The notes: generated from the letters alone by a model not told the origin. 64,000 bases of DNA from the human T2T-CHM13v2.0 reference genome, Homo sapiens (GCF_009914755.1 NC_060932.1); one strand, 5' to 3'. Shown: positions 1-14,063, counted from the first letter of the stretch. Numbers and translations are program-made.

Positions 1-1120
1 GGTCTCCCGCCTGCCCACTCAGGCTTTGCACCAAAGATTGAGCCGGGGGTCGGGACATTCCGGACGTTAAGCGGCCCCAGAGCGGCCTAGGTGGGAGCGG
101 CGTCATTTACAGGCGCGCGTTATGTTTTCCCCGCGGGCTGCGCGCTCTGGGTGGGAATCTCTCTTGGGAAGACCTTCTCCGGCGGGAAGTCCTTTAGCAA
201 CTGGTCCAAGCCCCCTGGCAGGAGACCCCGGCGATGTGACTTTGAGCTGATTAACTTCTCCCAATCTTTCTTTCTTCTCATCATGCGGGGAGTGGGAGAA
301 ACAAAACCCCAGTGCAAAAAGAGTTTGTAAACTATTCGGCGACACACAACAGGGATTAAAATTCATGGCCAGTTAACAATACTGTTACCCTCTTCCTCAT
401 TTTCCCCTCTTAGGGACACTTCTCTATCTGTTGCTGGTGTCTCTGAGGCTTCTGCGTTTCCATTATTCGGGGGTCACCATCTCCCTCCCGATCCCAACCT
501 CGCCCCTGTAAAAATGTCACTTTCCGTTCGCTTTTCCAACCTCAGTGCAGGGCTAGGACTGTTCGCCCAGGACCCGGCCCACTCAGGGCTCGCCGGGATA
601 CTTTTAAGGCCGCGGGTGCTTGGCTGCCCTGGGGTCGGGCAGGTGGGGGGCCCAGGCCGCGCGCCCAGCTCCTCTCCCCGGCTGCGCGCCCCGCAAGCGG
701 CCCAGGGCTCGGACCCCAGCAGTCGGGGTTCCTTTTCATTCCGCCGCCAGCCTGAGAGGGCTCCACTCTCCTCTCCTCCCGGCCCTCGGCCCAAGCCTGA
801 CGCCGCCTGGTTTATTGACCTTAGATCGGCTTCGGGGCTTTATCAGACCCGGCTGGGGCGTCCCGCGGCGCACGCCCTCCACCTACAGTCGTGCGGCGCG
901 AGCCCCCTTTAAGTTTCTTCTAGAAACGTCCCCTTCCTCCCCCATCCCCGAGTCTGAGAACCTTCAGAAAAATTGCCCGAATTCGCGCGACCGTGGAGAT
1001 CCGAGGCAGGGCCTTCAGGGCCACTGACATTCTCCTGTGTCGCTCTTTTATCTAGATAATTCAGGCGAAAGTGCCCCCCCCCCCCAATTATTCGGATAAT
1101 TGCCTCGAATCTCCACTTCG
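1..1120. promoter_or_regulatory. CpG island (3' part; probably continues upstream of the window)
   Basis: Very GC-rich with dense CpG (e.g. ggcgcgcg, gccgcgcgccc, tcgcgcga), no interspersed repeats, and a sharp drop in CpG after ~1120. Confidence 0.85.
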
Positions 1121-2200
1121 TGTAGTGTTTAGACAATTGGAGATTGATGGCTTGAATTTAACCCTAAAACCTCTCCTCTCCTCTGCTCCAAGCTCTAAAA
1201 TATCTCTGAACTTTACACACGCAAACTATAATTTTCTGTCCTATAAATCACTTGGCAAATATAACAAGACATTAGAAAGCTATTTGAAATGGATATTTTA
1301 TTATACTTGAGACTAGACCAGGGAGAAAGAGTAATTTATAAACACTTCCTCAATACTAAGCACACAAAATTGTTTTTAAGGCTCCCCCCTAATCGAACTT
1401 GAGAATGCAAAATCACTTTCAGAGACAAATTCTTAGAAGAAAAAGGAAATTTGTGGCAATGATTATGTCACTAAAAATGAACTCTGAAAAAAAATAGTTC
1501 ATAAAGTGGGACTTTCAAGTATCCTTTACTGTAGACCGATTTATCAAAATGAGACCAGCAGAAACAAAACATTTGCTAGTACTACAAATACTACAACAAC
1601 TACTGCTACTACTACTTAAAAAGCCAATCCAATTTTGTGATGATAAATCACAGGATTCTAGCCACCTTACATAATACGGCTTTCCCTTAACTCAGATTGG
1701 CCCGTCCCTGCTTTTCCCACTAAAACCCTTTCAATTTCCCTTATTTTTGGACAGCGTACAGAAGAGCAGGAATATCAGCCCTGGGAAAACATTAGCAAGG
1801 GTAAGCAAGCCAGAGAGTTGGGCAGGGGAAAGATAAGCAATGCAGATGATTGTAAGTTTTGTGACAGCTTTTCAAATCACCCCCTGGAAGCCGGTGGGGC
1901 TGCTGGAGATGGAAAGATAGTCAAAGGGAACAATTTTCTGTTCTCTGCTTCACAAAGCTAATATTTGTAATAGGTACACCAGGACTGAGAGGCTTTGCCC
2001 TCAATCCTACCCAATTCCAGAAGAGCGCTTGCTGGGTCCTCCTGAGGCTACAGAGTGAACAAATGGTGTTGTCTGCTTTCAACCTGCGAGCATGTGGACT
2101 AGGCACAGGAAACTTGGTAGGTTTCAAACTCTCAGAGCCTTGGTTATGACACTGACCCGTGCCTTCTCAAAGCTGCACTCCTTCTCAAAGCTGTCACTCC

Positions 2201-2203
<3 letters not shown>

Positions 2204-2244
<41 letters not shown>
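2204..2244. repeat. (TTA)n microsatellite, ~13 units
   Basis: Read directly; gives the poly-Ile run in ORF 2092..2319. Confidence 0.95.
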
Positions 2245-2944
2245 TTGACTCAGCCCTTTTCTCAGCTACAAATCAGATTTAAGGCTCATTTGCCCAGACT
2301 TTGGCTTTGTAGGAAGTAGAGGTAATTTCGACTTGTATGCAAAAGCGTGTGCAACCAAAAGCATTAGCCACCAAGCTCTGCAACGCACGCAGTGGGCCTG
2401 GGGAAGAAAACTACGAGCTCTGTGGTCCACCTGCAAAACCCACCCCCACGCCTCCTTCCCATCTCAGGTCTGGCTCCAGAATAATCGGAAATTAAACCCT
2501 ATACCAAGCCTGGCTGACCCTTGATCTGCGAATAGGCAAAGAAAAGTATCCGACTCTGAGAGCTCTGAGACCTAGCTACTAACTAATGAAGCCAAGCGAT
2601 GGGAAACAGCACAGACTTTCTGACCCCAAAAGCAAAGTGGGCTGGGTCTGACATGGGCCAGGTTTGCCTGAAGTTTCCAAGGGCGTTCTTAAGAGGACAC
2701 CAAGGGCTGCGGGGGACCCCAGGGGATTTGGGTGTTCTGGAGGAAGCAGAGGCCAGATGGTCCTGGGATACCTGGTCAGATCCATTTGATTTCTGGTGTG
2801 TATGTATTTATTTAGGTTTTTCCTGAGACACCAGGCACCCCTCTCCATTTCCAGTTGTTGGAGTGGGAAGCTGAATCGGGAAATAGAGAAACTAAAATGC
2901 CACCTCAGTGGAAGAAGGAGGGACACAGAAAGAAAGTGGGAAGG

Positions 2945-3320
2945 AAGCCCGGCGTCTGCGGCCTGGCCTTCACAGAGCCTCATCCTTCCTTCCTGTCCGC
3001 AAAGGCCTCAAAGCCTCTCCACAGCCTCCGCCTCGGCCCCACGCTGGGGAAGCCTTCCCCTCCCCTCCCCCACCTCCCTCTCCCCACAGCTGGAGATTGT
3101 GGTGAGCAAGGAGACTCCCCAAGCCTTCCATTCCCCCAGCATCCCAGCCTCCCACGGCAGAGGGGTCACCAGGAGGGCCAGGAGGGGACTCACCCGCGGT
3201 GGGGAGCGGCGTCCCTGCGGCTGCTCAAGGCCTGGTGTGAGGCAAACTCTGCACAGGGATTCCAGGCTGTTCTCAGCCGGGTGGGAGGGAGACGTTGTGA
3301 GCCGTGTCTCCCAGCTCCCT
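2945..3320. promoter_or_regulatory. Secondary GC/CpG-enriched patch (island shore)
   Basis: Local CpG cluster (ggcgtctgcgg, cacccgcggt, gagcggcgtc) and C-rich tracts in unique sequence. Confidence 0.4.
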
Positions 3321-3774
3321 CTGAGCTCCCAGCTTCCTTCTCAGAATTAGATAACAGGAAAAATAGATAAGAGAAGTGGTTCATTAATTCAGCAAGCCTC
3401 TTTTTTTTTTTTTTTGGTGTGTGTAAAAGTGGAAGGAAACTCTGCTAGGGAATGAAGTTCTGGCTGGACAGTTTTAAAAAAGTCAGTGTTCACAAGGTTA
3501 CAGAGATGCTTCTGGAAGGTCACTCAGAAGGACCCAAGGAATCGCCGTTCATGGGGAGAAATGCTCAGTTCACCGTATGTGCTTCCTGCACCCCAAGACT
3601 CCTCTCAGACTCTAGTCTTGCCTTTAGATTGAGGTAGGGAGGGCTGCTTTGTGGCATTTGCTTATGTTGTGCGATCGCCCTCTGGGCATGGGATAATAGT
3701 AACAGCAGCGCAGCTCCTCCTAGCATGCCAATTACAAATTACAATTTTTTCCAAGTACTGCTATAACAGCATTT

Positions 3775-3910
3775 CTGAGCTCCTTACAATAGGGTCAAGC
3801 AGGCAGATGCTATATTATTAACCTAGATGAGGTAACCGGCTCAGAGAGGTTAGGAATCTGCCTGTGGTCAAGTCACACAGCAAGAAAGAAATGGAGCCGG
3901 TACTGAACTT
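3775..3910 (-). mobile_element. MIR SINE fragment
   Basis: agatgaggtaaccggctcagagaggttagg...gtcacacagc resembles the reverse MIR core. Confidence 0.7.
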
Positions 3911-4418
3911 CAAATTAAAGAAATCCATGGCTTCTTAGAATAGGAAGAGACCTCAGAATTCCAAGCTCCTGCTTAAATCAGGAATTCCCTCCAAGGCGAT
4001 TATCCGTACTCTACTTGAATACTCTTGGTGATGGGGAGCTCATTCTCTGCGTGCCATGGGCGTGCAGCTCTGCTGACCACCACACTTTCCTGCTTCCCAA
4101 ATGACCCAGCATTGCAGGGCTGGGAACACAGGCACAGGGAGCTGCCGCTGTCATGTGATTTGAGGAACCGGGCAAACAGATCTCCCTTGACAGGTCTGCT
4201 GCGGAATTCCCTGCTCTCCTGCCTGGTTTTATTTTGGGAAGTTGTCCCTGTTGGGAGTTGGTATCTCGCAAAGGCAGTTTGGAGGAAAGGAAGAAACACA
4301 ATACCTTTCTATTTTAACATATTTCCCAGTTCACAGTCTCACGGGATCCTTAGAACTATCTCTGCAAGGTAGGGAGAAACCGAACAAGTTAATATTTTTT
4401 TCCAAATGTAGGCCAGGA

Positions 4419-4832
<414 letters not shown>

Positions 4833-5169
4833 CTAGAGAGGTGAATCAGGCTGGGAAGAGAGAGGAAAAATATGAAGGAAACATGAATATTTTTTCCCTT
4901 CCAAGAATTTTTGGTTTTGAATATTTTTGCAAATGATGAATAAAGTGTCCTTTATTGTTATCTGTCTTTATACTCTTCCCCTGCCAAATGACTCGTAGAA
5001 ACTAGGCTTCAGGAAGATTTTAGTGTAAAGCTCCCTGTGGTGTCAGATCATTAAAATTCCTGACGCATGAGCCCAACAGTACAAGGCACAGATGCAGAGG
5101 CCAGGGCCAGGCCTTGTCTTTCCAGGGGCCCTGTCATTTACACCAGGGAGGAGCCTTGTTCACTTGTAG

Positions 5170-5550
<381 letters not shown>

Positions 5551-5574
5551 CTACAAAATTTGCCACATGAACCT

Positions 5575-5715
5575 TTTTAATTTTATTTCATTTTATTTTT
5601 TTGAGTCAGAGTTTCGCTCTTCTCACCCAGGCTGGAGTGCAGTGGCCTGATGTCCGCTCACTGCAACCTCTTCTGCCTCCCAGTTTCAAGCAGTTCTCTT
5701 GTCTCAGCCTTCCAA
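5575..5715 (-). mobile_element. Alu, 5'-truncated right-arm fragment
   Basis: T-rich tail followed by gagtcagagtttcgctct...tcagccttccaa. Confidence 0.9.
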
Positions 5716-5729
5716 CACTTTAACCGTGG

Positions 5730-6003
<274 letters not shown>

Positions 6004-7685
6004 CCACTGTAACCGTTTTTAAGGGTACACGTCCATAGTATTAGGTACATTCACATTGTTGTACAACTACCACCACTTCCATCTCCGGAACATTTTCAGC
6101 TTTCCAAACAGAAACCCTGCACCTATTAGCACTAATTCTCCATTCCCCTCTTTCCCATAACCTCTGGTAACCGCCCTCAACTTTCTGTCTCCATGAATGT
6201 GACTCCTCTAGGTACCTCCTATAAGTGGAATCATACAGTACGTACTCCTTTGTGGCTGGCTTATTTCACTTGGCATCCTGTCCTCAAGCTTCATCCATGT
6301 TGTAGCAGGGGCCAGAATTTCCCTCCTTTTTAAGACCAAGTGATACTCCATTGCACACAAAGACTGTATTTTGTTTATCCATTCATCTGTTGATGGGCAT
6401 TTGGGTTGTTTTCACCTTTTGGTTACTGTGAATATTTCTGCCATAAACACAGGCGTGCGAATGTCTGTTTTAGTTGCTGCTTTCAATTCTTCTGGGTATA
6501 TCCTTAGAAGGGGGATTGCCAGCTCACATGGACCTATCTATGTGCAAGTTTTTTGAGGAATTGCCATACCATTTTCTACCTGTTATGGAGTTTTGACCCA
6601 AAATTTAGAGAGGAGGTCTCCATCATCCTCTTTATGTAGCAGGTAACTGGGAGCAGCAGCATCCACTTATCCCAGTTTGGGTCATATTCACGGGCAGATT
6701 GCCCTGCCTGCTGCAAAGTTCTGTGAGAGAGTGATGTGCAGTAAGGAAGAAGGTGAAACATGAAGTTCTCTTGAGAATTGCACTGGAGCAGAGAGAACAC
6801 TCACTTCTTTATTAAAAAATTAGGAAGCATAACTTCCAGCGTTGTGGTACAGTAACAAGAGCACCTGTGTTTGACCTTCACCTCTGACATCCCACTGCCT
6901 CCCTCCTCCACATGTGCCTACAAGAATCTGGGGACCTCATGGCATTATTATTGAGGCCAGCAATGTCCAGGAAAAGTATTCAAGTCCTAGAGAACACACT
7001 TTTGTGTTCCAAAATTGAAAAAATAAAAGGAATCATGGGAGTGTTAGAGAACCGTCAGGTATTTTTATTTCTCCCTACTTTTCTGAATTGTTTCTTGTGA
7101 GGTGAAAGGAAGCCCATTTTTGTCCCCCATGGTTTCAGATTTTCCAGGGGTTTTATATATTTTGGGGAACCTAAAACTCCACTGTTCTGAGGCCTAGCTC
7201 AGGGCGTTATGCCAGCCCAGGGCAGCATGAGTCTTTCCCTGGGAAAAATTCTAATGAAGCCCAGTGGCCACTACTGCCCGGGATGGTGGAGAATGGGGCC
7301 AGGACACAGGACCCAGGGAACCCAGGCGTCATGAGCGAAGCCACCTGCTGTGACTCCTGAGTGTCCTTGTCCTGGGCAGAGGCTGGTGTGCCTCTGTGCT
7401 CCCACGTTTGTCCTGTTGAGTCAGGGGGGCCACCAGAGATGATGAGGATGATGTGACTGCTGATAACACCAGCCCAAACTCCAAAAATCACTTGGAATCC
7501 AGACCAGGGAGAGGGCCAGAGAGAGACTTTCTGGGGAGCACCTCGGCCTTGAGGCCTGCTGTCCCTGTTCTTTAAACTGAGTGTTTACACACACACATAC
7601 ATGCGGGCATGCACGTGCACAAAATTTTTATTAGTTTTTCTTATCAAGGTGTTACATATTTATTGCTGAACTTAAAACTACTGTA

Positions 7686-7848
7686 TTTTATTTTTTATTT
7701 TTAGAGAAAGTCTCTCTCTGTTGCCCAGGCTGGAGTGCAGTGGCATGATCATAGCTCACTGAAGCCTTGAACCCCTGGCCTCAAGCAGTCGTCCCCCTCG
7801 GCCTCCCAAACTCCTGGGATTATAGGCATGAGCCATTGCGTCCTGCCC
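7686..7848 (-). mobile_element. FRAM-type Alu monomer
   Basis: Single right-type monomer; TSD aaaactactgta (7674-7685) / aaaagtactgca (7849-7860). Confidence 0.85.
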
Positions 7849-8048
7849 AAAAGTACTGCAGAAGGTAGAGAACAACAGTCTTCTGACCATCTGCCATTTC
7901 CCCGTCCGCAGCCAACTCTTCTATTCCGACTTCGCATCTGAGGACTGTCCTTTTCCTGAGGTGTTTGACATTAAGCATGTGATTACGAGACAGTCTCCAG
8001 AAATTACATTTCTTTCTCTAGTGTAGCAAATGAATGAACATCTTTAAT

Positions 8049-8185
8049 CCTCAGTTTTCAAATCTGTAAAGTGAGTGCAATAATAATACTTATCTCATAG
8101 GGTCCTTGCCAAGGTTAAAATGAGATAACCATATGAGAATCACTTAGTGTGATGCCTGGTGCTGAAAACAACTAGCTATTACTAC
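8049..8185 (+). mobile_element. MIR
   Basis: cctcagttttcaaatctgtaaagtg...ataatacttatctcataggg...tgagataa. Confidence 0.8.
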
Positions 8186-8657
8186 CACTGCTAATATTAT
8201 TAGTAGCTGTGGGCAAAAGGATTCTTGCATTCAGCCTGGTGACGCTGCTCTAGCCACCTAGACTGACTTGTGTTTAAGGCAGAAAACCAAAACCTGTGGA
8301 CAGCTGCCTGCTGAGTGTTCACGAGCTGTGGCTGCTCCAGGCCCAGGAGCTGAGGGCTATGCAGTGCTCAGTAGGCAGCTTCTCCCATCGTGGCGACAGA
8401 ACTGCTGGAAAGAGTGTCCCCTTGGGACTAGGAAGCCCTAAGTGATGAACTGCCGGTGAGTGGCACTTTATTTGCACCTGAGTCTCCAGAAGAGCTAAGG
8501 GACCCTGGAGTTACCTGAAGTCCCCACAGCATGGGCAGAAGTGAGAATAATTTGAAACCAAGTGGACTGATGGACCAGGCTCCGACTGAACCTCTACATT
8601 TCCTTCCTGCAATGAGTGATGCTCCCTGTTCCAGCCTGTTAGGCTTCCACTGTTACA

Positions 8658-8808
8658 AAATGAGATAGAATTCACATAGCATCAATTTACCCTTCAAAAA
8701 TGTATGAGTCAGTGGTTTTTAGTATCGCACAAGGTTATGCAACCATCTGTTATGCAATGGTTATGCAATACTGATGTATTGAAATCTTAACATTTTCATC
8801 CCCCAAGT
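8658..8808 (-). mobile_element. Old L1M 3' terminal fragment
   Basis: tgagatagaattcacatagcatcaatttaccc...agtggtttttagtat...gttatgcaaccatc. Confidence 0.65.
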
Positions 8809-9156
8809 CTGCAATTTGATTGGATTCAGTAAATGTTTACTGGAAGTTTCTTGTGTAAAATCCCACGTATTGTAGTTAGTGTGCTCCTTGGAGTTTGGCT
8901 GGCCCAGCTCCATGCTGGCTCACTTTTTTTGGTCCACGTCTGCAACTGAGCCACACTCCCTCCCTCTGGCTTGACACATTAACATTGAACTGGGACATTG
9001 GTGAACTGGGACTGTCTTGATCAATGACCACCATTTCTTGGGCTCTCCCAGTAGCAGGCACTGTGCTAAGCCCTCTGTGTGCATTCTCTCTTATTATCTA
9101 ATTTTACAAGAAAGCCTAGAACTGAGGTCTTCTGGCTTCCACTCTCATATTCTTGT

Positions 9157-9448
9157 GGCTGGGCACAGTGACTCAAGCCTGTAATCCCAGCACTTTGGGA
9201 GGCCAGAGTAGAAGGATCACTTGAGCCCAGGACTTCAAGACCAGCCTGGGCAACATAGTGAGATCCTGTGTCTACAAAAAATAAAAAAATTAGCTGGGCA
9301 TGATGGCACACACCTATAGTCCTAGCTACTCAGAAGGCTGAGGCAGGAGGATCACTTGAGCCCAAGAGTTTGAGGTTACAGTGACCTATGATCACACCAT
9401 TGCACTCCATCCTGGGTGGCAGAGCAAGAGCTTATCTCAAAAAAAAAA
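9157..9448 (+). mobile_element. AluJ
   Basis: J diagnostics ttgagcccagga and gggcaacatagtgaga; poly-A tail. Confidence 0.92.
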
Positions 9449-10124
9449 TTATTTCATTCTTGCTGTGCCAGGCTGACTCTGACCTACTCATTAGACCCGC
9501 CCTCAAGCTCACACTCCTAGCTAAGTAATACCAACAATAATTTGTGTAGCAGTTTGCAGTTTACAAAGCATTCTCTTCTGTTGCTTCATTTGATTCTCCC
9601 ATCCACCTTGTGTGTATGAGGGGAGAATGTTTTCATACTTTGCCTCCTTTGACCCTGCTCCTTGGAGTCTCTCTGCACCAGGTTCATCTGATCCCAGACC
9701 CTCCAGTCACTTGGGAGTCCAGCTCAACATTTGATTATTCAGCCTTTAACATCCTAGTCAGATCAATGTCTTTTCATAGGTTGAGTGTGTGCATATTTGC
9801 AATCTCCCATCTCTGGTGTTTATGTATTAATTATGTATTTGGATTCATCTTGTTGCTCTTCTTGGGACATAAGGACATAAGGTCTACAGGACCAAGGGCC
9901 ATCTGGTAATTTCATTTTTAAGGGCCAAGAGGGTTTTTTGGGGGGCTGGTCCGATCATATGGCTTCTCTCATCCCTTCTTCAAGGGACAGATCCTCTTTC
10001 CTATGCGACATCCACTCCCTGAGGCTGAGGTGCAACAGATGTCCCAAGTTTGGCCAATTTGAAGATCCACTAAGAATTTTCCTGGGACTTTTTAGCCAGG
10101 GCTAATAATGAAAAAGCTATCTGT

Positions 10125-11340
10125 CCAAAAATAATTCTAAAATTTGTATAGAACAACAATAACAACAAAAAACCCTGAATAACCAATGCAATCTTAAGCA
10201 AAAAGAACAAAGGTAAAGGCATCACACTACTTGTCTTCCAAATACACTACAAAGCTATAGTAACCAAAACAGCATGATACTGGTATAAAAACAGACACAT
10301 AGACCGATGGAACAGAATAGAAAGCCCAGAAATGAATTCACACATCTGCAGCCAACTGATTTTTGACAAAGAGACCAAACACATGGGGAAAAGGATATTT
10401 TCTTCAATAAGTGGTGCTGGAAAAATTGGATAGCTACATGAAGAAGAATGACACTAGACCTCTATCTCTTACCAAATACAAAAATCAACTCAAAATGGAT
10501 TACAGACTTGAAGATTAGGCTCAAAACTATGAAACTACTAGAATAAGTCGTAGGGAAAATGTTTCATGATGTTGGTCTGGGCAAGGATTTTTTGGATAAG
10601 ATCTCAAAATCACAGGCAACAAAAGCAAAAAATAGACACATGGAATTACATCAAACTAAGAAGAGTCTGCACAGCAAAGGTAACAATCAACAAAGTGAAG
10701 AGACAACCCACAGAATGGGAGAAGATATTTGCAAACTCTATATCTAACAAAGGGTTAATATCCAGACTACGTCAGGAATTCAAATAATTCAATACCAAAA
10801 AAAAATTTGATTTAAAAGTGAGCAAAATAACTGAATAGATGGAATAAATATTTCTCAAAAGAAGGCATACAAATAGCAAACAGGTATGTGAAAAAATGCT
10901 CAACATCAGTAATCATCAGGGAAATGCAACTCAAAATGACAATGAGATATCACTTCACTCCATTTAGAACGGCTATGGTCAGACAGACAAAAGATAGCAA
11001 GTGTTGGCAAGGATGTGGAGAAAGGGAAACCCTTATACACTGTTGATGGAAATGTAAATTTAGTATAGCCACTGAGAAAACAGTACAGAGGTTTCAAAAA
11101 AAATTTAAAACTAGAATTACCTATGTAATCCGGTAATCTCACTACTGAGTAGTGGGAAAGAAAAGGAAATCAGTATGTAGAAATGACATCTGCACTCCCA
11201 TGTATATAGCCACACTCTTCACAATAGTGAAGACATGGATTCAACCCAAGTGTCCATTAACAGATGAATAAAGAAAATGTGGCACATATACACAATGGAA
11301 GACTATTCAGCCATAAAAAGAAGGAAATTCTCTCCTTTGA
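10125..11340 (+). mobile_element. L1 (L1MA/L1PB-like) ORF2 3' part and start of 3' UTR, decayed, no tail
   Basis: Translated fragments such as [36 protein letters not shown] match the L1 ORF2 C-terminal region. Confidence 0.93.
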
Positions 11341-12591
11341 TGAAAGGATTTACAACAGAAGATGTAAATCCTTTGATAAAAAGACATCCTCCTCATGTCT
11401 TTTGCCCATTGTCTGGGTAATTAGGTTTTACTATTGTTATTATAATTATTATTTTACTATTGAGCTTTGAGGGTTCTTTATATATTCTAGATGTGAATCC
11501 TTGGTTTGCAAGTATTTTCTCCCCATCTGTAACTTATCTTTTCAGTTACTTAAAAGGGTCTTTCACAAAGCAGACATTTTCAGTTTGAAGAAGTTCAATT
11601 TTTTAATGAATTGTACTTTTATTGTCATGTCTAAGCAGTTTTCATCAAACCTTAGGTTATGAAGATTTTCTCCTATGTTTTCTTCTAAAAGTTTTATACT
11701 TATACATTTTACATTCAAATCTATGCTCCACTTTGAGTTATTTTTGTATAAAGTATGAGTTGAGTTCAAAGTTTGTTTGTTTATTTAGTTTCAAGATATC
11801 CAGTTGTTCCAGCATCATTTGTTGAAAGGACTATCTATTCTCCATTGAATTTCTTTTGCACCTTTGTCAAAAATCAGTCGGCCATACTTGTGTGGGTCTA
11901 TTTCTGGGTTCTCTACTCTGTTCTACTGATGTAGTGCCTATTTCTCTATCAATGCTACATAGTCTTGATTACTATAGCTATAAAATCCCACTTTGTCCTT
12001 CTTTTCCAAAATTGTTTCAGCTCTTCTAGTTGGGTGGGTTTTTTAATGCTTTCTACATAATTTTTTCACCTTTTTACATAAATTTTAGAATAACCTTGTC
12101 TCTATATGAAAATCTTGCTGAGATTTTTCACAGGAATTGCATTAAAACTATATATGAACTTTGAAAGAACTGACATATTTACTATGTTGAATCTTCCAAT
12201 CCATGAACGTGGTATGTCTCTCCATTTATTTAAATCTTAATTTCTTTCACCAGTGTTTTGTAACATTCAGTATACAAGTCCTATACATGTTTTGTTGGAT
12301 TTACACTTAAGAATCTAATTATTTGAGCAATTGCAACTAATATTATATGGTTAATTTCATTTTCCACATGTTCATTGCTAGTATATAGAATTATAGTTTG
12401 TTTTTGTATGTTGATTTTGTTTTCTGCAGCCTTGCTGAACTCATTTGTTAGTTCCAGGAGGTTTTTTTTTTCTTTTCTGGTATATTTCTTGGAGGTTTTC
12501 TATGTAGATGATCACTTTATCTCCGAACAGACATACTTTAATTTCTTCCCTTCTGACCTGTATTCATTGTATTTTTATTTTTGTTACTATC

Positions 12592-12758
12592 TTTTAAAAA
12601 GACAGGGTCTTGCTGTGTTGCCCAGGCTGGAGGTCAGTGGCTATTCACAGGTGCAGTTATGGTGTACTACAGCCTGAGCTCCTGGGCTCAAGTGATCCTG
12701 TTGCCTCAGCCTCCCTAGTAGATTGGACTACTACTGGTACATACTACTGCACCCAGCC
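12592..12758 (-). mobile_element. FAM (fossil Alu monomer)
   Basis: Monomer retaining the 7SL-derived gtggctattcacagg segment (12637-12651) that dimeric Alus lack. Confidence 0.8.
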
Positions 12759-13438
12759 CTTTTATTATTATTTTCTTTACTTGCCTTATTTTCTGGCTAA
12801 AACTTCCATTACTATGCTGAATAGAAGTAGTGAGAGTGGAAATTCTTGTCTTATTCTCAGCCTTTGTGGAAAGGCTTTAGTCTTTTACCATTAATTATGT
12901 TAGCTGTTGGTCTTTTGTAAGTGCTCTTTATCAAGTTGAGGAAGTTCCCTTTATTCCTAATTTTCAGAGTTTTTATCATGAATGGGTATCAAATTTCATC
13001 GAAAGCTTTTTTCTGTACCAATTGGTATGATCATATGATTTGTTTTCCTTAGCATGTTAAACTGGTGGATTGCATTGATTTTAAATTAGTGAGTCAGTTA
13101 TGCATCTCTGAAATAAATCTCACTAGTCATGATGTGTAATTCTTGCATGTTGCTGCATTCTATTTGCTGATATTTTGTTAAGGATTTGCATCTATGTCAA
13201 TGAGGGATATTGGGCTGTAGTGTTTTCTTTGTATGTTAGTCTGGTTTTAGTGTTACTGTAATACTGGCCTTACAAAATGCATTGGAAAATGTTTTTTTTT
13301 TCTTGGAAAAAATGTGTTGAATTGGTGTGTTTTCTGAGTTTTAATTACTGTTTCAATTTTAAAAAGAGTTATAGGGCTATTCAAATGGCTGATTTCATAT
13401 TAAGTAAGTGGTTGTACTTTATACTTTTTGAAGAATTG

Positions 13439-13715
<277 letters not shown>

Positions 13716-13737
13716 TAGATAGCTGATTTGAAACTTT

Positions 13738-13742
<5 letters not shown>

Positions 13743-13773
<31 letters not shown>

Positions 13774-14063
13774 GAGACAGGGTCTCACTCTGTCACCCAG
13801 GCTGGAGTGCAGTGGTGTGTGATCACAGCTTACTGCAGCCTCAACTTCCCTGGCTCAAGTGATCCTCGCACCTCAACCTCCCTTCCTGAGTAGCTGGGAC
13901 TACAGATGTGTGCCACCATGCCTGGCTAATTCTTTAAAATTTTTGTAGAGACAGAGTCACACTGTTTTGCCCAGGTTGGTCTCAAACTTCTGGTTTCAGG
14001 TTATCCTCCTGCCTTGGCCTCCCAAAATGATGGGATTATAGGCACGAGCCGCTCCACCCAGCC
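13743..14063 (-). mobile_element. AluJ
   Basis: Poly-T, gagacagggtctcactc, actgcagcctcaac, ttgcccagg. Confidence 0.92.

Noticed and set aside
91-1027. Overlapping ORFs in the CpG island
   Set aside because: GC-driven stop scarcity; Pro/Arg/Gly/Ala-rich products with no recognisable domain and no supportable exon structure
2579-3384. Cluster of 130-185 aa ORFs
   Set aside because: Open in several frames on both strands of a GC-rich patch, with no homology I recognise
10559-11142. ORFs resembling reverse-transcriptase-associated protein
   Set aside because: Broken fragments of a dead L1 ORF2, not an intact retroelement or a novel RT system
12592-12758. Possible 7SL RNA gene
   Set aside because: Only monomer length, lacks the S-domain core and is heavily diverged, so it is a FAM
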